A DNA stretch of 63,786 bases from Paraspadella gotoi (lineage: Eukaryota > Animalia > Chaetognatha): assembly GCA_051294375.1 (NCBI GenBank), contig CM119267.1:23781003-23844788 (forward strand). The letters are read 5' to 3'. Position numbers and translations under genes: made by a program. The notes under the pieces are model-generated. The model saw only the letters and a program-made list of their open reading frames with translations. It was not told where the DNA came from and searched no databases. This document shows, in pieces, positions 1 through 13,276 of the stretch. Within the stretch, counting starts at the first letter, position 1; each line of letters begins with the position of its first letter.

Positions 1-129
1 CTTTTCTTATCTCTTCCTCATCTTTTAATCATCTCTTCCACCTTCGAAAAACCGACTTCATTTCTCTTAAAGAATCGATTTTGGTTAGAAAAAAAAAAGG
101 GGAATGATTTTTCCCCTTTTAATTTCTAC

Positions 130-3100
130 AATTTTTTTCTCTTTCTTTTCCTCGCCCCTTTTTTTCGCCGACCCATCTGAATCTCTTCGCAGGTAAGTCA
201 CGTTGTAAAAATTAAAATACTATGTAATACTGTTATAATACTTACACGGCGTTTTTCGGGATAATTTAACTTTAGATTTTGAGAAAATATTACAAAAGTT
301 GACTTGGCTCGAGAAAATTGATATATATTTAATGTTAGTTTCATATATTATTGTTTGATAATATATTTTAATTTTAAATACGTATCCGAAAAATAGTTTA
401 CTTTATCACCCGTGTGATTTTAAGTTTCAAATTCAATGAAAAAAATCATAATTTTCAAAGTCCAATAAAAGTTTCCTTTGTCTTTTATTTTAACTAGATT
501 TCCAAAAAATCCATTGTTCATTTGTTATTCTTGTTTCCCCTTGTTTTCAAAAGGAGAGACATCTTTCGTCTGATTTACAATTCGCTGCTAAGTGGAATCC
601 CGGGCAATAATAAGGGAGAGAGAGTAGAGAGTAGACTGAGACGAGAGTAGAGAGAGAGTATGAAGAAAGGAGTAGTAGATGAGAGGAGAATGAGAGAGAA
701 GAGGAATGACGATGTAGAGTATGAGAGAGAGACGACGAGTGTGTGTACATTTTCGTTAATTTGTATTGTGTTGCCTAGCTTTCATTTGTATATATTACAA
801 ATTTTCTCATCGTCGCTGTTATTCATGCTGTCTCTTCGCTTTTTCTCTGATTTTTCTCTCTCTTCCTTCGTTCTCTCTTTGCACTCTCTCTTCTCTCCTC
901 TTTTTCTCTCTGCGTCTCTTCTTCCCTTCGTCTTGCTCTCTGCTCTCCATAAACGAGTCTAAATTTTGTGAGAGCTTCAATTTGAGGGCGGAACCCTTCT
1001 GGCAAGACTTATGACGAAAAACGACGGAGACCAACTAACAACGACTAATCTCTGCTCTCGACGCGATGAGGGATCCGTAAGGAACGTCACGGCGAATCTC
1101 TGTGATTTTATGGAAATCATGCGACTTGGGGACTCGAGTCAGGCATGTGAGCCTCAGCGCGGGGTGCGGATTGTCACCGCGAGATGGAAATGGTGATTAG
1201 CGAGACGCCGGATTCAGCGTTGCAGGATTGAAATTGTTCTTCCTCTGCGTGATTGAAACTCCACCCTCTATGCTTCATATATCTATATGAGTGAGATGAG
1301 CTAACAGTTTGAAACTACTGTGATCATCATGTTTTAAACTGAAACAGGACAAGTAAAGTATTTTAGAACATCTCGATCGCGGTCAATAAGATACCCGTCA
1401 TCCTTAATCTGACATGTTCGGACCGCGCGTTTTTCTGCATTTATACGAGGATTGACGCCGGTTGGATCGGATTTCTGACAAGGACGAGGTTCTGTCCGAG
1501 TGTTCTTCTGAGAGCAACCGTTTCTGGACGGTTCGACCGTTCGTCAATCACTCGTCCGATTCATAATCGTGCACTCAAAAGATCGACACCCAGAGCTAGA
1601 ACATGAGCAGTATATTTCACAAAGATGTGGAAAACTCCACACTGACAACAGCGCCCTCGGTCAACTGTCTCTTTATTTAGTCAATCAACGATGTCAATCT
1701 AAAACGCATTTTCACATCTTCTCTTACTATCTTCGTCCGTCGGAGCCAAGTCAAATAGTTTGAGGCCACCGAATTTTCGTGGCAAATTTTTCTTTTTCCT
1801 CGTTTCTTTACACTAGTCAACTATCACTTAAGCAACTAGAAATACTCTTCAGCTCTCTTTACACTCTCTCTTATCTTACGAGCCTTTCCTCTATTACAAC
1901 TCTCAGTGCTTCCAGTACAACAACTGCCATGCGGCCGCCACTCACATGTGAAACGAGAAATTTCGTCTCCTACAATCGCATCTCCTACTAACCTCCATCT
2001 TTACGCTGCAGTCCGATTCAGGTTCCCCAGACACCTCAATGCTGTTCTCGTTCTCTCTTTCTTCCTTCCCTCTCTGCCCCTCTCCCTCGACACACCTTAC
2101 TCCTCTGATTCTCTCAAAAGAATAATACCGTCTCCTTCTTTCCTCGTGCTGCTGTGTACCTAGTCTAGAGGCAGCCGCTGCCTCCCTCTCTCCGATCTAG
2201 GGAAAAGCTTATCCTGTTCTTCATTGCTTTCTTCTTTTGAACCTTTCCCATCCAACTACACCGATCACTTTTCCCTCTATCTACCTCTCTCTCCACCTCA
2301 CCTGTCCCCAGGATTTCTCTCCTCGCCTTTATCTTCTTAATAAAAATCCTTTTCTCCTACTTTCCCTCGGTCCTCGTCTGCTCGTGCGTGAGTGGCTCAC
2401 CGCCGCTGTTGCGTTGCTGCGTGCGTGGGGAAGTGAAGTTGTGGTGGGTGGGAATCGAGAGTTGTCGGTTGTGGGAATGAAGCGTTGTGGTGGTGGGAAT
2501 GAAGTCTGTGCGTGGTGGGATGAGTTCTGGGTGTGGAAATGAAGTTGTGGTGGTGGGGAATGAGTTGTTGGTGGTGGGAAATGGAAGTTGTGGTGGTCTG
2601 GGAAGTGAAATTGAGATGAAATGGGGTTAGTGGTGGACATTGGGTATTTCGGTGGGTGGAAAAGGAATTTTGGCGTGGTGACAATGGGAGCTTTTAGTGG
2701 TGGTTGAAAAAAGGTTGGTGGTGGAGTGGAAAGTGGTTGTAGGTTGTTGTGGAAGGTGGGAATGCCGGCGTAAGCTTTGGCGATTTATGATTTGTAATAG
2801 TATGTGAATAAATGAGACAACAGTGGAGCTGTTGGTAAGGACAATAAAATCCGATGTCCAATATTTGATTTGTTGGATTGCTAAATTGGGTACTGGGCTG
2901 GACATCAAGAGTTCTTCGGTGAAAAGTCAGCTTGCTGGAATTGCATGGTTTGGTGACTTAAGATATCGATCAGGATAATTTTGTAAAATTTCGTGGATAT
3001 AAATCTCTATTGATTCGTTTTGAATTTGTTGGAACAGTTGTGTTAGGATATTGTAGAAGACGTGTGGATACAAAAGGGGTGACAGCTGTTAATGAAAGGG

Positions 3101-3192
3101 TTTGGATGTACCAGCCCTACGGTTGGAGGAGGCACAGTGGTGATAAAGTGGATGAAAGGGTATCTCATCAAAGTCTGATTATAATTTCGCGG
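130..3192 (+). repeat. Copy 1 of a ~3 kb segment repeated directly at ~3620-6750
   Basis: Shared landmarks in the same order, e.g. ctcttcgcaggtaagtcacg at ~184 and ~3681. Positions 777-2615 match 4321-6159 at offset 3544, and the ORF track gives identical ORFs in both. Confidence 0.9.
2430..2760 (+). repeat. Degenerate ~20-bp minisatellite (gaagttgtggtggtgggaat)n
   Basis: Repeated motif visible directly; also at ~5975-6325 and inverted at ~10990-11300. Confidence 0.8.
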
Positions 3193-3217
3193 NNNNNNNN
3201 NNNNNNNNNNNNNNNNN

Positions 3218-3600
3218 CTTTTGACGTCAATTTGAGGCGAACCCTCTCTGCAACGACTGACGAAAACGACGACGACAACAACAACGACAACTCTGTCCCT
3301 CGACGCGATGGGATCGAAGTGAACGTCACGCGAATCGTGAATTTTGGAACTCGCGACTCTGGGGACATCGAGTCAGGCGATGTGAGCCTCACGCGGGGTG
3401 GATGTCACGCGAGATGAAATGTGAAGCGAGACGCGATTCACGTGAGATGAAATGTCTTTCGCGATTAAACTCACAGTTTAGTCAATAAAAAGATGACCAG
3501 TTTAAACTCTGTGACACAGTTTTACTGAAAACAGACAGTAAAAGATATTTTATGACATCTCGTCGGGTCAATAAGTCCCGGTCATCTTAATTGACCTGTT
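3218..3600 (+). repeat. Third, partial and cleaner copy corresponding to ~975-1420
   Basis: caatttgaggcg...cgacgcgatgggatcg...gagtcaggcgatgtgagcctca...ggtcaataag matches 978-1410 with indels; starts right after a 25-N gap. Confidence 0.8.
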
Positions 3601-3619
3601 CTCGCCTTTTAATTTCTAT

Positions 3620-6600
3620 CACGTTTTTTTTGCTCTTTCATGCACTACGCCCCTTTTTTTTCGCGCGACCCATCATGGATCTCTTCGCAGGTAAGTCACG
3701 TTTAAAAATAAAATACTAGTAATACTGTATAGTATAAACTATTACACGGCGTTTTCGTGGATAATATTTATACTTAGATTTTTGAGAATAGATATTACAA
3801 AATCGTTGACCCTTGGATCGAGAAAAGTGATATATATTTAATGTTTAGTTTCATATAATTATTGCTTGATAATATATTTTAAATTTTAAATACATGTATC
3901 CGAACAAGATAATGTTGTTACTTTATTCACGCCGTTGTGATTTAAGGTTTTAAATTCAAATGAATATAAAGATCATGAATTTCAAATGTCCTAATAAAAT
4001 TTTGCTATTGTCTTTTATTCTAATCTAGATTCCCAAAAAATATCTCATTGTTCATGTTGTGTATTTCTATGGTTTCCCTTGTTTCTAAAGTGGAGACATC
4101 TTCGTCTGATTTACAATTTTCGCTGCTAAGTTTGGAATCCCGGGCAATAATAAGGGAGAGAGAGTAGAGAGTAGACTGAGACGAGAGTAGAGAGAGAGTA
4201 TGAAGAAAGGAGTAGTAGATGAGAGGAGAATGAGAGAGAAGAGGAATGACGATGTAGAGTATGAGAGAGACGCGTAGTGTTGTATCATTTGGTCGTTAAT
4301 TTGTATTGGTGTTCGCCTTTAGCTTTCATTTGTATATATTACAAATTTTCTCATCGTCGCTGTTATTCATGCTGTCTCTTCGCTTTTTCTCTGATTTTTC
4401 TCTCTCTTCCTTCGTTCTCTCTTTGCACTCTCTCTTCTCTCCTCTTTTTCTCTCTGCGTCTCTTCTTCCCTTCGTCTTGCTCTCTGCTCTCCATAAACGA
4501 GTCTAAATTTTGTGAGAGCTTCAATTTGAGGGCGGAACCCTTCTGGCAAGACTTATGACGAAAAACGACGGAGACCAACTAACAACGACTAATCTCTGCT
4601 CTCGACGCGATGAGGGATCCGTAAGGAACGTCACGGCGAATCTCTGTGATTTTATGGAAATCATGCGACTTGGGGACTCGAGTCAGGCATGTGAGCCTCA
4701 GCGCGGGGTGCGGATTGTCACCGCGAGATGGAAATGGTGATTAGCGAGACGCCGGATTCAGCGTTGCAGGATTGAAATTGTTCTTCCTCTGCGTGATTGA
4801 AACTCCACCCTCTATGCTTCATATATCTATATGAGTGAGATGAGCTAACAGTTTGAAACTACTGTGATCATCATGTTTTAAACTGAAACAGGACAAGTAA
4901 AGTATTTTAGAACATCTCGATCGCGGTCAATAAGATACCCGTCATCCTTAATCTGACATGTTCGGACCGCGCGTTTTTCTGCATTTATACGAGGATTGAC
5001 GCCGGTTGGATCGGATTTCTGACAAGGACGAGGTTCTGTCCGAGTGTTCTTCTGAGAGCAACCGTTTCTGGACGGTTCGACCGTTCGTCAATCACTCGTC
5101 CGATTCATAATCGTGCACTCAAAAGATCGACACCCAGAGCTAGAACATGAGCAGTATATTTCACAAAGATGTGGAAAACTCCACACTGACAACAGCGCCC
5201 TCGGTCAACTGTCTCTTTATTTAGTCAATCAACGATGTCAATCTAAAACGCATTTTCACATCTTCTCTTACTATCTTCGTCCGTCGGAGCCAAGTCAAAT
5301 AGTTTGAGGCCACCGAATTTTCGTGGCAAATTTTTCTTTTTCCTCGTTTCTTTACACTAGTCAACTATCACTTAAGCAACTAGAAATACTCTTCAGCTCT
5401 CTTTACACTCTCTCTTATCTTACGAGCCTTTCCTCTATTACAACTCTCAGTGCTTCCAGTACAACAACTGCCATGCGGCCGCCACTCACATGTGAAACGA
5501 GAAATTTCGTCTCCTACAATCGCATCTCCTACTAACCTCCATCTTTACGCTGCAGTCCGATTCAGGTTCCCCAGACACCTCAATGCTGTTCTCGTTCTCT
5601 CTTTCTTCCTTCCCTCTCTGCCCCTCTCCCTCGACACACCTTACTCCTCTGATTCTCTCAAAAGAATAATACCGTCTCCTTCTTTCCTCGTGCTGCTGTG
5701 TACCTAGTCTAGAGGCAGCCGCTGCCTCCCTCTCTCCGATCTAGGGAAAAGCTTATCCTGTTCTTCATTGCTTTCTTCTTTTGAACCTTTCCCATCCAAC
5801 TACACCGATCACTTTTCCCTCTATCTACCTCTCTCTCCACCTCACCTGTCCCCAGGATTTCTCTCCTCGCCTTTATCTTCTTAATAAAAATCCTTTTCTC
5901 CTACTTTCCCTCGGTCCTCGTCTGCTCGTGCGTGAGTGGCTCACCGCCGCTGTTGCGTTGCTGCGTGCGTGGGGAAGTGAAGTTGTGGTGGGTGGGAATC
6001 GAGAGTTGTCGGTTGTGGGAATGAAGCGTTGTGGTGGTGGGAATGAAGTCTGTGCGTGGTGGGATGAGTTCTGGGTGTGGAAATGAAGTTGTGGTGGTGG
6101 GGAATGAGTTGTTGGTGGTGGGAAATGGAAGTTGTGGTGGTCTGGGAAGTGAAATTGAGNNNNNNNNNNNNNNNNNNNNNNNNNTTGGAATGAAATTGGA
6201 ATGAAATGGGGTTTTAGTGGTGACAATTGGGTTTCGGTGGTGGAAAAGGAATTTTGGTGGTAGAAATGGGATTTTAGTGGTGTTGAAAATAAGGTTGTGG
6301 TGGTGGAAATGAGGTTGTGGTTGTAAATATGAAAGGTGGAATCGAACGATTTGGAGATTGATTGATTTGTATATATTGAATAATGGACAACAGTGATGTT
6401 GGGTAAACTAATAAACGATGTCAATATTTGATTTGTTGATTGCTAAATTGGTACTGCTGACAATCAAGAGTTTCGTGAAAAGTCAGTTGTGGAATTGCAT
6501 GGTTTGGTGACTTAAGATACTGATCAGGATAATATTTAAAAATTTTCTGGATATAAATCTGATTTGATTGTTTTGATTTTGGTTGGAACAGTTGTAGGAC

Positions 6601-6750
6601 ATATTTGTATGACACGGTTGGATATCAAAATTGGGTGACACAGTTGAATGAAACAGTTGGATACCACGGTTTGAGAGCACAGTTGTGTGATAAAGTTGGA
6701 TGAAAGGGTAGTTCAGCAAGATTGTCTTAAATAGAGATTTCGTAATTCGT
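3620..6750 (+). repeat. Copy 2 of the ~3 kb segment (25-N gap at 6160-6184)
   Basis: Direct similarity to 130-3192; identical over 4321-6159 and indel-divergent elsewhere. Confidence 0.9.
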
Positions 6751-7119
6751 AATTGCGACGACGAAGATGAAAATATCTCAAAGTCTCGATGTCATTAAAT
6801 TCGCAGTCATTATCATCACAACTGGCATCAGTGGAACCAAATGGCATCAATGACGTGACATTGATTTCAAATGAAAATATCCGACGAGAGTGACTTGAGC
6901 GTTGATTTTGTAATTTGCTGGAGAGGCAGGGCCTTTCCTTGATCCTCCAGCATCGACTCAAGTGACGGCGGGAAAGTCTACGACGTCTCTGTCTACTGCA
7001 GCCACGCGGGAGTCGAGGGCGGCGGCTGAAGCGGCTTCTGAAGCGGCGGCCGAGGCGGTTGCTGCGGCGGCGGCCGGTTAGATTCCGAGCGGCACGAATG
7101 ACAAGGGGAAGGGAAACTT

Positions 7120-7156
7120 AGAAGGAGAGAGAAGAGAGAGAGAGGAGAGAGAGAGT

Positions 7157-7228
<72 letters not shown>

Positions 7229-7303
7229 AAGAGGAGAGAGAAAAATTATGGGGGCGTTAAAGGGTGAAAAGGTTAAGGGGAAAGGGTTGAGAAGGATAAA
7301 GAG

Positions 7304-7380
<77 letters not shown>

Positions 7381-7508
7381 AGAAGACGGGGGCGAGGCCC
7401 CGGTAATTGGATTTGGTGAGGCAAGCATGAGCGCGATTTTCTATTAAAGATGACGCCGCCGCCGCCGCCGCTGGAATCCCCTTGAGCGACGCCAAAGATT
7501 CCGCGCGG
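7120..7508 (+). repeat. (GA)n-rich segment duplicated at 20581-20953
   Basis: Unique cores shared by both: atgggggcgttaaagggt...gggaaagggttgagaa and gaggccccggtaat...gatgacgccgccgccgccg. Confidence 0.85.
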
Positions 7509-8326
7509 CACAGTGGTAATCCACACCGGTGGAAAAGTCTCGTCATCACTGATTAAGTCAGTTTCTATTGATTTTTGAGCAAATATCTTGTCTCTAATAT
7601 TCCTTTGGCCATTTCTATTAAACGTTATTTATTTTGTTTTTTTGTTCTTAGTACGGAATTATTTTTTTCATGCGGTGCTTTGCGATGCAAATTGGAATTG
7701 TTTGAGTTGCTGGTTTGGTTCACACAACCATTATATTCACGTTCAGAAATAAACTAATTTTATTAAAAACTATTATTTTTAATAATCAATCAACAGTCTT
7801 TCGCTAAGGTTTCTTTTGACATAATTATTTTATTTTATTAATTTGGTATGAATGAAAGTTGCAATAGCAGTGGCATTAAGTTGGCAAAGTGATTTTAGAA
7901 TGAAATGAGCCTGCCGAGATTTTCTTAAGTTTCAGCCTTTAAAGTTGTCGGATATTTTAGGGATGCATCGAAATTTAAGCTATTCGAACAAGGCATTCAA
8001 TGGCTGGGTGTGGTGTCTGACGAACATAACCCCCTGTTGCGGTTTTTTTGCGGGTTTTCCGTTTTAAGAAAGAAAATCTGACTTGCAAGTAGACTAGTTT
8101 TTATGATAAATCCGAATATTTTTACTTTCGTATATAAATTAAACAAGAAGTTGCGAAGCGGACGAAAGAAGAGAGAGAGAAAAAGAGAGAGAGAAAAATT
8201 GAAGAGAGAAGAGAATGAGAGAGAGAGATAAGAGAGAGAGAGAGACATAAGAGTGCGTAACTATCAGCCGCTGGCTTCGTTTTTGACTAATCAAGGAAGA
8301 GAAAAGAGAGAGAGAGAGAGAGAGAA

Positions 8327-8387
<61 letters not shown>

Positions 8388-8619
8388 GAAAAGAAAAGAA
8401 AGAAAAAAAATTGTGCCGGCAAATGAGAGTGAGAGGAGACGAGGAAGGTCTGAGAAAGGCAGAGAGGAAGAAGAGAGAGAGGATCGAGAGCATGAAGCGT
8501 TTGAATGATGAGAAAGAGAGAGAAGAGAGAGAAAGAGAGAGAGAGAGAGAGAAAGAGAAGAAAAAATATTAAAAGATAGGATCGAGCCTCCCTTCATGAT
8601 AACTCAAAATTTGGTGCGA

Positions 8620-8870
8620 AAATGATAACCAAATGATTGATGCCGCATAGATAACGCGAATATTGATGGCGATGATACCAATCATTGATTGCGATGGATA
8701 ACCAAATGATCGATTTTATGATTACCAAATTGACTGATGTGGGATAATTAACCAATGTGGCATGCAATGATAGTCATTCATTGGATGTATGATAATCATT
8801 CATTGATAAGATGATAGTCTTCATTGATGCGATGAATATTCCATTCCATTGACTCAATGAAATCAATCAT
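8620..8870 (+). repeat. Degenerate ~21-bp minisatellite (tgataaccaaatgattgatgcg-like)
   Basis: Recurrent ataaccaaatgat / tcattcattgat motifs. Confidence 0.6.
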
Positions 8871-9720
8871 CATAAATAAAACAGCAAATGCGTGTTTGAT
8901 GTGAAAGATAGGAGAGAAAGAGAGAGAGAGATTGAAAAGAGAGAGAAAGAAAGTGAATAAATCCACGAAAAATCTCGGATGTGATTTTGGGGATTGTTCA
9001 TTGGAGAAAAATGCGAAATAAATGGCGATAATAAAGTTTTAAAAGGAAAAAAATATTCAATTTTTTTTAAAAAAACGATCACGCAAGAGATGTACGAGAG
9101 AGAGAACAGAAAGAGAAAGAAGACAGAAACAGAGAGTAGCCTGGACAGCCGCTGGAAGGCAGCTGAACAGTTCACTGGCAGGAGCCTGACTGTTTTTTAA
9201 AGGGTTTTTAGAAAAAGGCAAGCAACTGAACAGAAAATAAGAAGAAAAATTTATATATAATTTAAAGAAAAAAGAAAGGAAAAAAAAAGATGTTACAATT
9301 GTTTACAATTGGAAATTTTTACAATTTTTTAGTAATTATCCTTTCTTAATAATCTTTTTAACGTTTGTTAAATAAAGAAAATTTCTCTGACTGTATTTTG
9401 CATTATTTAAAAACCTTTTGAGTATTATAACTCTAATTTGGCATATTGTAGTATTATAATTTTTAAAGAAATGAAGAATAAAAAAAATCTTAGGAAACTT
9501 ACATGTTATAGAGATGAAATAATAATTAGATTATGCATTCTAAACATTAAACCATAATAGAATTGAAGATAACTTCAAAGCAAAATGAAGTGGTATACGC
9601 AATTACTTTTCAATCAAACAAGTTTCCAAGATCAAGCTTTTTGCTAATAATAAAATCAAAACAATTATTGGAGGTGGGTGGGTTGGTGGGCTTAATGCAT
9701 TTTAGAAATAGCGCGGAACT

Positions 9721-10124
9721 CTGCTGTCCACCTTACTATGGCTTCAATAGTGTAGTGGTTAAGGTGGGTAGACGAGGCTGTATGAAATTTCTGGGCTGTC
9801 ACCTTACTATGGCTTCAATTAGTGTAGTGGTTACAAGGTGGGTAGCGAGGCTTAGGAAATTTTTCTGCTGTCCACCTTAACTATGGCTTTTCATAGTGAT
9901 AGTGGTTTACAGGTTGGGTAGGCAGGCTGGTATGAAATTTTCCTGCTGTCCACCTTACTGATTGTGCTTCAAGTGTATTGTGTGGTTAAGTGGGGTAGCG
10001 AGGCTGTATGAAAAATTTTCTGGCTGTCCACCATTACATGGCTTCATTAGTTGTGGTTAGCAGGTGGGTAGCGGAGCTGTACTGAAAATTTTCTGCTGTC
10101 CCACTTAACTATGGCTTTCAAGTG
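9721..10124 (+). repeat. Tandem array of ~5.5 copies of a ~70-bp unit, each containing a long hairpin
   Basis: Units start near 9721, 9791, 9865, 9943, 10020 and 10093. Consensus is about ctgctgtccaccttaactatggcttcaatagtgtagtggttaaggtgggtagcgaggctgtatgaaatttt; gctgtccaccttaac pairs with gttaaggtgggtagc. Confidence 0.9.
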
Positions 10125-12930
10125 CGCCGCCGCTCGGAATCTAACAGCGGCCGCCGCCGCAGCAACACGCCTCGGCCGCCGCTTCAGAGCCGCTTCAGGC
10201 CGGCCGCCCTCGACTCCCGGCTCTGGCAAGTGCAGAGCTGCTAGCACCGAATGAAAGACCGAACGCATAGAGGAAAGAACTCAATATAACCCGCCGTCAC
10301 TTGAGTCGATGGCTGGAGGATCAAAGGAATAGGCCTGCTCTCCAGCAATTACAAAATCAACGCTCAATCACTCTCGTCGGATATTTTCATTTGAAATCAA
10401 GTCACGTCATTGATGCCATTTGGTTCCACTGATGCCAGTTGTGATGCATAGATGACTGCGAATTATAATACATCAGAGACTTTGAAGATATTTCATCTTA
10501 CGTCGTCGCAATTACGAATTACGAAATATCTCATCATTTTAAAGCACATCTTGCGTGAACTCCTTACTTCATTCAACTTTATCACCGACAACTTGTTTGC
10601 TTTCCCTCCAAAAAACGGTTAGAATAGTACTCCAATGTCTTTCATTCACTGTCGTCACCCAATGGTTGATATCAAACTGCCTGTCATACAAATATGTCCA
10701 CAACTGTTTCCAACCAAAATCAAAATCAATCAAATCAAGATTATATCCAGAAAAATTTTAAATATTATCCTGATCAGTATCATTAGTCACACCAAACCAT
10801 GCAATTCACAACTGAACTTTTCAACGAAACTCTTGATTGTCCAGCAGTACCAATTTAGCAATCAACAAATCAAGAATATTGACATCCGTTGTTATTAGTT
10901 ACCCAAAATCATGCGTTTGTCATTATTCAATATCTATACAAATCAATAAATCTCCAAATCGTTCGATATCCAAACCTTTCATATTTTTACAACCACCACG
11001 TGCATTTCCACCACACACACCTTATTTCAACACCATAAAATCCCATTTCTAACCACAAAAAATTTCCTTTTTCACCACCGAAAGCCCAATTGTCACCACT
11101 TAAACCCCATTTCATTCCAATTTCATTCCAACCACCACAACTTCATTCCCACCACCACAACCCATTCCCTGACCACCACAAACTTCATTTCCACCACACA
11201 ACTCATTCCCACACAATCCACAACTTATAATCCACCAACACCACTTCATTCCCACCACACAATTATTCCTCCCACCACAACTTCATTCCAACCACAACAA
11301 CCACAGCGGCGGTGGCACCGACGCCGAAGCAGACGAGACCGAGGGAAAAGTAGGAGAAATCAGGATTTTTTATAAGAAGAATCAAGGGGGAGAAATCTGG
11401 GGAGAGGAGAGAGGAAGAGGGAGGGGGAGAGGGAGGGAGAGAATGAGACAGAGAGAGGGAGAAGAGGAGGCAGGGAGAGGACACAGAGGAAGAGGAAAGA
11501 GAAGAAGAGGGAGAGAAAGAGAGAGGGACTGAGGGAGAGGGCGAGCGGGAAGGAGAAAGAGAGAGACAGATAGGGGAGCGAGAGAAAGATGGAGAGAAGG
11601 AAGAGGGAGAGAGAGAAATTTTTGTAATGGAGGGGGGAGGGAGTGTCTGGAAATGAGAGTGTCAATAGAGGAAAGAGTGTAAAGAATAAGAGAGAGTGTA
11701 AAGAGGAGCAGAGTGTAAAGATAGAGAGTGTAAAGGAAAGCGGGAAAATAGAAATGCTCACAGAAAAATTCTGGCCTCAAACTGAGTTGATGGCTTTCCG
11801 CACGGACGAGATAAAGAGGAAGAGTGAAATGCGTTTAGATTCACATCGTGAGTTGATAATAAGAGACGTGAACCGAGGGCGGTGTTGTCATTGGTGATTC
11901 AATCGTGAAATAACTGCTGTTTAGGCGGTCGATCTTTTTTCTTGAGTGACGACTTATGATCGACGAGTCAGAAACCGGTCAGAGACCGTCAGAACCGGAT
12001 CCAGGTAAACGGACAGAAAATAAAGCTCGGCCAGAACCGATCACCGGTCAGAACCGGTCAGAACCGGTCAGAACAGGTCAATTAAGATACCGGGACTTAT
12101 TGACCCGACGAAGATGTCATATGAATATCTTTTTACTGTCTGTTTTCAGGAAAAACTGTTTCACAGAGTTTTAAACTGGTCATTCTTTTTTATTGATAAA
12201 CTGTGAGTTTATCGCGAAGACATTCATCTCACCTGTGAATCGCGTCTCGCTCAACAATTTCATCTCGCGTGACATCCAGCCCCAGCGTGAGGCTCACATC
12301 GCCTGCTCGATGTCCCAGAGTCGCGAGTTCCAAATTCACGGATTCGCGTTGACGTTCACGTTCGATCCCATCGCGTCGAAGGGACGACGTTTGTCGTTGT
12401 TGGTTGTCGGTCGTCCGTTTTTCGTAGTCGTTGCATGAGCAGGGTTCGCACCCTCAAATTGACGTCAAAGATTTAGCTGTTTATGGAGAAGAAGAGCAGA
12501 GAGAGAGAGAGCAGAGAGAGAGAGAGAGCGAGAGAGAGAGAGAATAGAGAAATTGTAATATTCAAATGGAAACTGGGCAAAACCAATACAAATTAACGAA
12601 AATGTATCATCAGCTCGCTCTCTCTCTCTCTCTTCTCTCTCTCTTCTCTCTTTCTCTCTCCCTTTTTGCCCGCGGAGTCACTTAAGCAGCGAATTGTAAT
12701 AGTACAAAGATGTCTCTCCTACTTTGAAAACTCAAGGGAAACAAGAATACACAAATGAACAATTGGGGATTTTTTGCGAAATCTAGTTAAAATAAAAAGA
12801 CAAAGGAACTTTTATTGGAACTTTGAATAATTATGATTTTTTTCATTGAATTTGAAAACTTGTAGAAATCAGCCACGGTGATAACGTAACTATTTTTCGG
12901 AATACGTATTTAAAATATAAAAATATATCA
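10125..12930 (-). repeat. Inverted copy of the segment family at 355-7095
   Basis: 10130-10220 is the reverse complement of 7005-7092; 10290-10560 of 6700-6972; 12080-12470 of 3218-3600; 12900-12930 of 355-387. Confidence 0.9.
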
Positions 12931-13276
12931 TCATACAGGAGATACAGAGTGAACCGGATCAGAAGTCGAGGAAGCGAAATCACGAAAGGATCGGCTTACT
13001 GATACAAGGATGGAACCGATCGGAGGCTCGAAAGAAATACCAAAATGGAATCGGCTCCTCTGAATATGACGAGACTAAGGGAAGCGGCCAATGAGCGAAG
13101 AGGCTGTCAAATTTACAATGTCTTCTTATATTTGTTAATGTGTAGATTTGTTTGTATTAGTCAAATTTGACAGCCAGTCTGTATCTGTTTTTGTATCAAT
13201 AATAATATATACCGAACTTATGGTTAACGTTTCAAACCTGGTCTAATTTAACTTAAAGTGTGACTAGGACGATGTA
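12931..13276 (+). repeat. Probable 5' LTR (partial) of the retrotransposon
   Basis: Non-coding block just upstream of a PBS-like motif, with CCAAT at 13088 and an AT-rich polyA-signal-like tract near 13198. No second copy in the window and no clean TG..CA ends. Confidence 0.4.

Noticed and set aside
7118-8597. ORFs of poly-(SL)/(RE) here and throughout the track
   Set aside because: Translations of (GA)n/(CT)n microsatellites.
9721-10124. CRISPR array or hammerhead ribozyme tandem
   Set aside because: Units are head-to-tail with no unique spacers. The consensus has ctgtatga rather than the CUGANGA core, and I see no three-stem junction.
355-12930. Long inverted repeats as TIRs of a Polinton/foldback element
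   Set aside because: The arms contain intron/exon-like host sequence, no transposase or polymerase lies between them, and multiple redundant noisy copies point to an assembly artefact.
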